IMG/VR virus record: IMGVR_UViG_3300012039_000020
Span: 1-36,460 of that record
DNA from: a virus
Lineage: Duplodnaviria > Caudoviricetes
DNA length: 36,460 bases
Strand: one strand, 5' to 3'
Position numbers and translations under genes: made by a program
The notes under the pieces: generated by a model
Database searches by the model: none
Told to the model about the DNA's origin: nothing
Seen by the model: the letters and a program-made list of their open reading frames with translations, nothing else
Shown: positions 8,346 to 15,460 of the stretch, one piece after another
How the letters are laid out: each line of letters begins with the position of its first letter
How positions within the stretch are numbered: position 1 is the stretch's first letter

Positions 8346-10008
8346 CGGCGGCGAAATCGACCCCTCCGACGCGCCAGACCGAGTACGACGTCATGCTCCC
8401 GTCGCGGGCCGCACTGGTCTTGCTCGGCGTCGCGCCGTACGTCCGGAGCCTCTGGGCCAGCGCCTTGCGCCCGAGCCGTTCCCCTCCGTGGAACGTGACC
8501 CAGCTCTGGAGCTCGGCGAGGAACAGGTAGACCCCAGTCTCGTCGGCCCACGGCCGGCGGGAGGCGACTGCGGCCTTCTTGTCGAGCGCCGGGGGGTTGT
8601 CCGCCAGGAAGGAACCGACCCACTCCTCAACCACGGCCTCGATCGTCGAGTCGCTCCCCAGGTCTCGGTCCTCGCAGGCCCGCAGGATCGCCTGGGCGAT
8701 CGGACCCCACTCGTGCCCCTTGAACTGCCGGATCACCGCGAGGGACACGGCCGCCACGCGCGAGCGAAATCGCGACGGGAGGAGGATCGAGTCGACGTCG
8801 CCGAGGTCGATCTTCCCCTCGGGGAGCTCCAGCCGGAACGCCGGGGGGTCCCCGAGGTAGCGGATCACGCGCAGAACCTTGAACCCGAGCAGCTTCGACA
8901 GGTCGACGTTCAGTCGGGCCCGCTCCTCCTCGACGGCCTGGGGCGTCGTCGGCTTCGGCTCCGAGACGACGTCGACGAGGCGCTCGTGGGCCTCGAGCCC
9001 GTCGACTCCGACGCGCGCGAGCGCGAGCCGATTCTCGTAGTAGTCGACCCGGAGCTTGTCCGGCAGGAGGTGCATCCGCCGGTGCGCGATCAGGAGGTCG
9101 ACCGTGTCCTGCGGCGACCAGCCGGCGCGGGACGCCATCGTCGCGAGGGCCAGGTCGTACTCGGACTGGCTCGGGAAGTCGGGCCGCTGCCGGGCCCATG
9201 TGCGGGCGAAGCGCGCGTCCATCGAGCGCAGCGTCTCTACCTTCGCGAGCGGCGGCTCGGCGTCGGGCCGGAGCACGAAGCGGTGCTTCGGCGACTCGCC
9301 CGCAGCCGGCCGGGCCGGCGCCTCCTCCGCCTGCCACTCCTCGAAGTCGCTCGGGTTGAACTCGAGCGCCTCGGAGGCGTCGAGCCGGACCTTCTCGCCG
9401 TACTTGTGCGACGTCGTTCCCGGCGGCCTCAGCACGCGCGCGAGGTCCGCGGTCGGGTCGACCGTGAACCCCGACTGCCGCGCGATCTCTCGCTGCCATC
9501 CCTCGACGAGCCGACGAGCTCGCGCGCGCTCGGCGTCGTCCTCGAGGACCCACGGCTCCTTGAACCGCCACCAGGCGTGTATCCCGCCGCCGGTGAAGAT
9601 TCGCCACGTCGGCCGAAGGGGGAGTAGGTCGAGCGCGCGATGGATCGCGGCCACGCTCTTCGGCAGCCCTGTCTTCTTTCGGCCGGGGCCGTCGACGTCG
9701 AGGTCGCACCACGCGCCCCCGATCGCGCGGGCCGTCGTCGCGAAGCCGCGAACGACGGTCAGGCTGATCCCGTTGTGGTGCCCGTGCTTCTCGTCCGAGC
9801 GCCGGATCGCCTCCTCGAGCGCGGCCTCGGGGTCCTGCAGCGCGACGCCGAAGTAGACGTCACCGTGCGGGTCGAGCGCGGCGCAGACCCCGGAGGCCTG
9901 CGCCGCGCTCTCGCACCACGTCGATCGCTTCGCCGACCACACCACGATCCGCGAGCGCGGACCGACGGCGTCGGCGAAGAGGGATCCCAGGAAGGCGAGC
10001 GAGTCCAC
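8260..10008 (-). CDS. RepB-type (archaeo-eukaryotic superfamily) DNA primase / replication protein
   Basis: DVYFGV, WCDLDVDG, TGGGIHAWW and DLARVLRPPGT motifs, plus an SQSEYDLALA helical domain. Likely GTG start at 10008 (582 aa). Confidence 0.85.
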   Translation of the reverse strand: MDSLAFLGSLFADAVGPRSRIVVWSAKRSTWCESAAQASGVCAALDPHGDVYFGVALQDPEAALEEAIRRSDEKHGHHNGISLTVVRGFATTARAIGGAWCDLDVDGPGRKKTGLPKSVAAIHRALDLLPLRPTWRIFTGGGIHAWWRFKEPWVLEDDAERARARRLVEGWQREIARQSGFTVDPTADLARVLRPPGTTSHKYGEKVRLDASEALEFNPSDFEEWQAEEAPARPAAGESPKHRFVLRPDAEPPLAKVETLRSMDARFARTWARQRPDFPSQSEYDLALATMASRAGWSPQDTVDLLIAHRRMHLLPDKLRVDYYENRLALARVGVDGLEAHERLVDVVSEPKPTTPQAVEEERARLNVDLSKLLGFKVLRVIRYLGDPPAFRLELPEGKIDLGDVDSILLPSRFRSRVAAVSLAVIRQFKGHEWGPIAQAILRACEDRDLGSDSTIEAVVEEWVGSFLADNPPALDKKAAVASRRPWADETGVYLFLAELQSWVTFHGGERLGRKALAQRLRTYGATPSKTSAARDGSMTSYSVWRVGGVDFAAAYMERARARTRAPIRARESAEEPSEVGK

Positions 10009-10037
10009 AGTGCGGTGCCGGCGGGAGGGCCGGCTCG

Positions 10038-10844
10038 CTAGTCGCCGATCACCAGGTCGTCCAGGTTCGTGACGGATGCAGCCGTGGGCGTCCCCTCGAC
10101 GACGCGCACGTCCTCGGGACGCAGCGAGACCACGCGGCCCGTCGCGGCCTCGAGCGACCGCTTGAGCTCCGCGACGCGCTTCGCCGCGTCCGGCGCCAGG
10201 TCGCCGACGAACTCGAACACGATCTGCGAGTAGTCCTTGCCTGCGGCGTTCGTAACCTTCTGCAGCTTGAGCCGCGTCACGACGGCGTGGTAGACGCGGC
10301 CCGAGTCGATCAGGTCGAGCTGGTATCGCGTGAGGTTCTTGAGGCTCGCCGCCGGCACGTTCAGGTGGATCGGCAGGCGCGAGGACGGTCGGAACAGGAA
10401 GATACGCGCGACCTGGTTGCAGTCCTGGCCCTTCCCCCCCTTGCGGTCGCTGCGGAACTGTGACCATCGGCACGACGCGCACTCGTGGCGCCCGGGCGTG
10501 TTCTGGTCGAGCGACGGGTCGCCGAAGCCGATGAGCCCGTCGTGCGATTCGCAGTTCGGCGGCTGCTTGTCGCCGGCCCCGACCTCGTCGCGCCACCAGG
10601 CGCGCTGCCGACCCTTCACGAGCGCGAGCACTCCCTCGATCCCCTTCGGGTTTTCCTCGCCGGTGAGCGTGTTGATCGACCACACGGTCGCGCCGCCGGC
10701 GGGGACGCGAAGCTGCGTCAGGTTCCAGACGGTGGCGCCCTGGTTCTCGAACGCGTCGGCGAGCGCTTCGACGAGCCCGTCGGTCTTCGTGACCGCGTAG
10801 GCGTCCGCGGGGATCACCGCGAGCGCTTTGTTTTCTTCTGTCAT
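10038..10844 (-). CDS. Phage ssDNA-binding-like protein with Cys4 zinc site
   Basis: PPNCESHDG...CASCRWSQF...GKGQDC and PAASLKN motifs, acidic C-terminus, located in the replication cluster. Confidence 0.65.
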   Translation of the reverse strand: MTEENKALAVIPADAYAVTKTDGLVEALADAFENQGATVWNLTQLRVPAGGATVWSINTLTGEENPKGIEGVLALVKGRQRAWWRDEVGAGDKQPPNCESHDGLIGFGDPSLDQNTPGRHECASCRWSQFRSDRKGGKGQDCNQVARIFLFRPSSRLPIHLNVPAASLKNLTRYQLDLIDSGRVYHAVVTRLKLQKVTNAAGKDYSQIVFEFVGDLAPDAAKRVAELKRSLEAATGRVVSLRPEDVRVVEGTPTAASVTNLDDLVIGD

Positions 10845-10854
10845 GACTTCTCTC

Positions 10855-11376
10855 CTAGGGGTTTCTCAGGGTCCTCGCGGCGCGGCGGGACGTCGACTCG
10901 ACGTCCTTGTCCTTGCGCACGCGCAGGTCGATTTCCTCCCGCGGCTCGAACGCGCGCAGGAGGGGTTCGGGCAGGGCGCCGCCGTCCGCGAGGCGCTCGC
11001 GGCACCAGGCGCCGAGCGTCTGCGAGTTGTAGTTCGGCTTGACCATGAACTTTGTGTCCTCGCTCGCGAGCAGCGCTTCGATCGCGTCCTCGGACTGGAC
11101 GCCCTCGAGCCGCTTCATGTTCACGATGTGGTGCGGGTAGACCGTCACGCGCTCGCCGTCGACGTACAGGGGCACGTTCGGGACTCCGCACTCCGCGATG
11201 ATCGGGAGCAAGGCCTGGCCGAGGTACTCGTGCTCGAGCTTCCGCCGCTTCAGCTCCTCCTCGGCCGCGTCGATCGCGCGGCGCTCGCGCACGAAGGCGC
11301 GCAGCCGGTCGAGCGGCAGGCCGGGAACGACCGGATCAGAAGGGGGAGGCGTCGAGGTCGTCGGTTCCGTCGTCAT
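10855..11376 (-). CDS. Phage gp33-like protein (usual SSB neighbour)
   Basis: N-terminal coiled-coil and a VKPNYNSQTLGAWCRE...LP motif. 173 aa. Confidence 0.6.
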   Translation of the reverse strand: MTTEPTTSTPPPSDPVVPGLPLDRLRAFVRERRAIDAAEEELKRRKLEHEYLGQALLPIIAECGVPNVPLYVDGERVTVYPHHIVNMKRLEGVQSEDAIEALLASEDTKFMVKPNYNSQTLGAWCRERLADGGALPEPLLRAFEPREEIDLRVRKDKDVESTSRRAARTLRNP

Positions 11377-12871
11377 CGGGATCTCCGTTCTTCAGCAGCT
11401 TTAGGACGCCGTCGATCACGTCCTTCTTCTCGTTCAGCATCGAGTAGATCCGGCCGTCGATCGTCCCGCGGGCGACGAGCTCGTAGTAGCCGACCGGTCG
11501 CTTCTGGTCCGGGCCGTGCACGCGCTCCATCGCCTGCTGGTAGTCGCCGAGCGAGTACCCGACCGAGTAGCACATCATGTAGCGCGCGCGGGTGAGGTCG
11601 ATCCCGATCCCGCCGCTCTGGATCTGCACGGCTAGGACCTGCGCGCCGCCCTCGCGCCACGCCTCTAGCTCGTTGCGCCGGCCCGAGAGTTCGAGAGACC
11701 GCGCGGCGGCCGCCGCGCCGGGCGCTCGAGGATCCCCATCCGCGTCGTCCGTCGACGTTTTGGCCGCCGCGCGGTGGACCGCGTCGAGGTCGTGCAGGAA
11801 GCGGCAGACGACGACGCACGGCTCGCCGCCGAGGCCCTCGATCCACTCCGCGAGCGCGTCCTGCTTCGCCGTGTCGATCGTCTCCGTCCGCGTCGTCGCG
11901 CCCTCGTCGATCGGGGCGGCGCCGCCCGTGATCTGCTGGAGGCGGAGAACGAGCACGGCCGCGTTCTTCGACGTGATCGTGCCGCTCCTCACGCTCGCGA
12001 GCATGTCTCGGCGCAGGTCGCGGTAGGCGCGCTTCGCCTCGGGCCCGAGCTCGACGACGAGCCGCTGCCGCGTCGACGGCGTGAGGTCGAGCACCTCGCG
12101 CGGTACCTTGTAGGTGTGCGGCGCGATCCGCGCGGCGAGCTCGTCGAGGTTCTTCCAGCCGACGATCTCGACGGACCGCTCCTGGATCATCGGGGACGGG
12201 CACCGGCAGTAGTCCGCGCGCCGCTTGCATCGCCCGCAGACGCGGATCTTCTTCCCGCCCATCTCGCAATGCCGGTTCTTGAACGCTACGAACGACCAGC
12301 CGAGCACCGAGCGATCGACGAAGCCGTACTGCCCCCAGGCGTCGAGCGGCGAGTGCGGCATCACGGTGCCCGTCATGGCGAGCCGACGTGGGACGGCGAG
12401 CGTGACCTCGCGCACGAACTTCCCGGCGCGCCCGGTCGGGCTCTTGATCCGCTGGCTCTCGTCGCAGATCACGCGGTCCCACGGAGTCCCCGCGAGGAGT
12501 GCGGAGAGGCCCGGGCGCCAGCACGAGTCGTAGTTGACGAACGCGAGCGTCGGCCGACCGTCGGGGCGCTCGAGCGCGCGGCGCAGCTCCTCGGCGCGCC
12601 TTGCGACGGGGCCCTCGTGCGCGAGCAGGACGCGCGTCGGCTCGGGCGCGTAGCGCGCGACCTGCGCGCGCCAGACCGGCCCGACGATCTTCGGCCCGAG
12701 GACGAGCGTCAGCCGGTTCTTCTCCGCGGCGCCGACCTCGATCGCCGAGCGCGTCTTGCCGGTTCGCATCCACGCGTCCCACATGCACCGCCGGCGATCT
12801 ACCGCGAAGTCGATCATCCCGCGCTGGTGGGGCCAGAGCGGCGGCGGGGCGACCGGCGCGGCGACGTCCAT
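11336..12871 (-). CDS. SNF2-family (SF2) helicase
   Basis: LWPHQ, MRTGKT, ICDESQRIK, MTGT, LRLQQITGG, SGGIGIDL and QAMERVH motifs. ATG at 12871 (511 aa). Confidence 0.92.
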   Translation of the reverse strand: MDVAAPVAPPPLWPHQRGMIDFAVDRRRCMWDAWMRTGKTRSAIEVGAAEKNRLTLVLGPKIVGPVWRAQVARYAPEPTRVLLAHEGPVARRAEELRRALERPDGRPTLAFVNYDSCWRPGLSALLAGTPWDRVICDESQRIKSPTGRAGKFVREVTLAVPRRLAMTGTVMPHSPLDAWGQYGFVDRSVLGWSFVAFKNRHCEMGGKKIRVCGRCKRRADYCRCPSPMIQERSVEIVGWKNLDELAARIAPHTYKVPREVLDLTPSTRQRLVVELGPEAKRAYRDLRRDMLASVRSGTITSKNAAVLVLRLQQITGGAAPIDEGATTRTETIDTAKQDALAEWIEGLGGEPCVVVCRFLHDLDAVHRAAAKTSTDDADGDPRAPGAAAAARSLELSGRRNELEAWREGGAQVLAVQIQSGGIGIDLTRARYMMCYSVGYSLGDYQQAMERVHGPDQKRPVGYYELVARGTIDGRIYSMLNEKKDVIDGVLKLLKNGDPDDDGTDDLDASPF

Positions 12872-13119
12872 CAGTTCTCCTCGGGTGCGCGGCGCATGGC
12901 GGCCTCGACGTACTCGACCGGGCGCGCGTAGCCGCGCTGCGCCGGCGGCACGTGCGCGAGCACGAGTTCCATCGCAGCCGGGACCGCGTGCGCGGGGAAG
13001 CGCCGGGCCGCGCCCGGGCAGCCCGTGACCTCGCCGAGGCCGGCGACGTAGCGCCGGCAGCAGCCGCGCGAGCACGCGACGCGGATCAGGAAGACGGAGC
13101 ACGGCGGGAGGACGTTCAC
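12871..13119 (-). CDS. Small hypothetical protein
   Basis: GTGA overlap with the HTH gene, and its stop abuts the SNF2 start. 82 aa. Confidence 0.5.
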   Translation of the reverse strand: MNVLPPCSVFLIRVACSRGCCRRYVAGLGEVTGCPGAARRFPAHAVPAAMELVLAHVPPAQRGYARPVEYVEAAMRRAPEEN

Positions 13120-13331
13120 GTGACCCTCGCCTCGCGCCGGAGCGCGGCGTCCGAGCACCGCAGGGCGCGGGCGATCGCCGCGACCGTTCGGGGCGGCGGG
13201 ACCGCTTCGCCCCGTTCCCACGCGGAGATCGAGGACTTGCTGGCGCCGACCTTCGCCGCCAGGTCTTTCAGGCCGAGGCCCGCCGCCTGGCGCCGGAGGC
13301 GCGCGGCGTTCCCGTTCCAGGCGTCCTTCAT
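13116..13331 (-). CDS. XRE/Cro-like helix-turn-helix regulator
   Basis: LRRQAAGLGLKDLAAKVGASKSSISAWERGEAVP, 71 aa. First gene of the leftward early operon. Confidence 0.92.
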   Translation of the reverse strand: MKDAWNGNAARLRRQAAGLGLKDLAAKVGASKSSISAWERGEAVPPPRTVAAIARALRCSDAALRREARVT

Positions 13332-13340
13332 GGGATCGGG

Positions 13341-13369
13341 AATCTACCCGCGCCGCTGGAACATTTCCA
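13341..13369 (-). promoter_or_regulatory. Putative sigma70-type promoter for the HTH gene
   Basis: Minus strand TGGAAA-17 nt-TAGATT, with 9 nt to the ATG. Confidence 0.5.
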
Positions 13370-13372
13370 GCG
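13354..13372. promoter_or_regulatory. Palindromic operator 1: CGCTGGAA-CAT-TTCCAGCG
   Basis: Perfect 8-3-8 inverted repeat in the divergent intergenic region. Confidence 0.7.
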
Positions 13373-13445
13373 CCCCAGCGCCCGATCTTCCCGCCGTCGG
13401 GAAGGATCGCCGTAAGTCTAGGCCCGTCCTAGGCCGCCGTTCGTC

Positions 13446-13462
13446 CGCTGGAATTTTTCCAG
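13446..13462. promoter_or_regulatory. Palindromic operator 2: CGCTGGAA-TTT-TTCCAG
   Basis: Second copy of CTGGAA-N3-TTCCAG, 92 bp from the first. Confidence 0.7.
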
Positions 13463-13549
13463 AAACCCGTGTACGGCGGCGGCGTTTCCTGCGAAGGTGT
13501 CCCCGGGCAAGAGCGGGCCGGAAGCCCGCGAGGCCAGACGAGGGTTCAG

Positions 13550-13816
13550 ATGAGCACGACGAAGACGAAGACGACGAGGGGGACGAAGAAGGCGACCGCG
13601 GAACGCTGCGACGTGTTGGTTCGGCGGATCTCGCAAAGGCAAGCCGAAGAAGGTTGCCCGCCCGGCTGGTACGCCGAGGTGGTGACGACCAAGAGTACCG
13701 TCCACGTCGGAATGGGATACGACCGCTGGTCGCGCGACCGTGCGATCCTCGGCGCGATGAACGACGTGCTGGATTACGCGAACGAGAGCGGGCGGCTCTT
13801 CCGGGTGGCTCTGTAG
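13550..13816 (+). CDS. Hypothetical protein (MSTTKTKTTRG...)
   Basis: GAGGG RBS, 88 aa. First gene of the rightward arm. Confidence 0.65.
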   Translation: MSTTKTKTTRGTKKATAERCDVLVRRISQRQAEEGCPPGWYAEVVTTKSTVHVGMGYDRWSRDRAILGAMNDVLDYANESGRLFRVAL

Positions 13817-13818
13817 CC

Positions 13819-14073
13819 ATGGGCGCTTTTCGACCAGACGGCGTCTACGTCGAACACCCCGACTGTGTCGCGCAGCCGCCGCTCGCTCTCGCCGGGGCAC
13901 TATCCGGCGACGCCCTCGTGGCGCACGTCGCTAAGGCGATGGGCGAAATCGACGAGACGGCCACGGGCGTCGTGTTCCCGCGCGACGCCGAGGACCCGTC
14001 CGACGCCACCTGCCCCTGGTGCGGCGGTTTGCTGCGCCACGGCGCGCGGTGCTACTGCCGGAGGGAACGATGA
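13819..14073 (+). CDS. Hypothetical protein with C-terminal zinc knuckle
   Basis: 84 aa ending CPWCGG...CYC. Stop overlaps the next ATG. Confidence 0.6.
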   Translation: MGAFRPDGVYVEHPDCVAQPPLALAGALSGDALVAHVAKAMGEIDETATGVVFPRDAEDPSDATCPWCGGLLRHGARCYCRRER

Positions 14074-14372
14074 AACCCAATCGCCACGGCCTCGACGCGA
14101 ACCTCGTCATGAACCTGGCGTCGAAGCTCGGGATCGAGCTCGGGCGATCCGACGCGGCGCTCGAGAACCGCCCGACCTTCGAGCAGGAGGAGGCCGCGCG
14201 CGCGGAGCTCGGGCTCGCGTTCGGCGCGGTCGTCGCGGAGACGGCCGCGTGGAACGTGCTCGGCGCCGGGCCGTTCCGTTCCGGCTACGCGCTCGGCAAG
14301 ATGGACTGCGCAGGCGCGCGGCGCCGATGCGAGATCAAGCGCGCTCTCGCGCGCGGAGAAACGACCCGATGA
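14070..14372 (+). CDS. Hypothetical protein (MKPNRHGLD...)
   Basis: GGAGGG RBS and ATGA coupling at both ends. 100 aa. Confidence 0.65.
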   Translation: MKPNRHGLDANLVMNLASKLGIELGRSDAALENRPTFEQEEAARAELGLAFGAVVAETAAWNVLGAGPFRSGYALGKMDCAGARRRCEIKRALARGETTR

Positions 14373-14569
14373 AGCACCCGCCCGTCCTGATGCGCGACCA
14401 TTGCCCCTTCGCGGGCTGCTCGCTGCCCGTACCGCACGAGCACCTAGTCTGCCAGAAGTGCGGCGCCGTTTGCCACGGCAACTACTTCTGCCAGGAGTGC
14501 AAGGCGCAGCGCGAGAGCGACCTAGAACTGCACGTCATCGCGAAGGAGGTCGCCGATGCGCGCCGCTGA
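14369..14569 (+). CDS. Small Cys/His-rich zinc-finger protein
   Basis: 66 aa: HCPFAGC, HEH, CQKC, CH, CQEC. Confidence 0.65.
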   Translation: MKHPPVLMRDHCPFAGCSLPVPHEHLVCQKCGAVCHGNYFCQECKAQRESDLELHVIAKEVADARR

Positions 14570-14693
14570 TCTGAACGGACCTGAGCGCGCGCTCGCCCTC
14601 GGCGCCGCCGCGATCTTCGCGGCCGCGATCGTCGTCGCGATCGCGTGGCCGCTCGTCGAATGGCTCGTCCGCGCGCGAAAGGCGCTGGGATGA
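14556..14693 (+). CDS. Small single-pass membrane protein (45 aa, not in the ORF track)
   Basis: AAGGAGGT RBS, then MRAADLNGPERALALGAAAIFAAAIVVAIAWPLVEWLVRARKALG*. Confidence 0.7.
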   Translation: MRAADLNGPERALALGAAAIFAAAIVVAIAWPLVEWLVRARKALG

Positions 14694-15010
14694 ACCGAGC
14701 AACCGCACAGGGGCGTCGAGCCGCCCGGAGAGGACCGTCCGTGAGCCCGACCAATCTCTCGCGGCCTCCCCGATCCGGCCCGGCGCCCCTCCCAGAACGA
14801 GCCTCGTCCCGTGGTGCGCGGGGAGATCCCGCGACGCTTCTACGGAGTCATGAATCAGGCCGAGGCTCGGCCGAGCAGGCGTCGGCGCATGGTGCGCGAG
14901 GAGACCTCGCGACGGAAGGATCTCCGGGTACACACTCTCCCGGCTATTCGACCGATGAAACACGCCGACGCCAGCACCCACTACCCGCAACCCAGGAAGG
15001 ACCGCAAACC

Positions 15011-15292
15011 GTGACCACGAAGATCGAACGACCGAAGAAGTCCCCCGAGCAGCGCGCCGCCGAGAAGGAAGCCGAGGCGAAGCGCATCCGCGATCAGGCC
15101 GCCGAGCGCGCGGCGCGCGCGACCGACGAACTCGCCGCGCTGTGCGCCAAGGCGCGACCGACGCTCGAGCGCGTGTACGGCGAGTCCGAGGAGCGCGACC
15201 TGGCCTCGACCGCCGAGCTGCAGTCCATCCGCGAGACGATCACCACGCTCGAGCTGATCATCCGGCGCATCGCCGGGACGCAGCCGAAGTAA
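15011..15292 (+). CDS. Hypothetical coiled-coil protein (MTTKIERPKK...)
   Basis: AGGAAGGA upstream of the GTG. 93 aa. Confidence 0.65.
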   Translation: MTTKIERPKKSPEQRAAEKEAEAKRIRDQAAERAARATDELAALCAKARPTLERVYGESEERDLASTAELQSIRETITTLELIIRRIAGTQPK

Positions 15293-15377
15293 CGCGACTG
15301 GCCGCCCGGGAATAGGGGTCGCGAGCAACGCGACCTGAACCCCGAGGGCGAGAGCACGGGACCGTCTCACAGCCGCG
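15293..15377 (+). ncRNA. Candidate structured RNA (multi-stem)
   Basis: Closing stem CGCGACTG/CAGCCGCG. Hairpin GGTCGCG-AGCAA-CGCGACC extended by GCCCGGG/CCC(GA)GGGC. Second arm GAGA/TCTC. Confidence 0.35.
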
Positions 15378-15460
15378 CCCAGCTCCGCCGCGCGCGCCCC
15401 GACCGACCCGGGCGGCCTTCCCTTCCATCCCTACCCGTGACCGCCGCAGGAGAACGAACC

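Noticed and set aside
10009-10683. N-terminal extension of the 807-aa primase ORF
   Set aside because: Overlaps the SSB-like gene out of frame and is Arg/Pro-rich. The real start is probably GTG 10008. The same applies to the long extensions of the SNF2, UDG-like and tail tip ORFs.
14690-15014. Possible frameshifted small gene (GTG 14741 joining the 14811-15014 frame)
   Set aside because: No recognisable protein motif to anchor the frame, so it cannot be separated from a short ORF or non-coding DNA.
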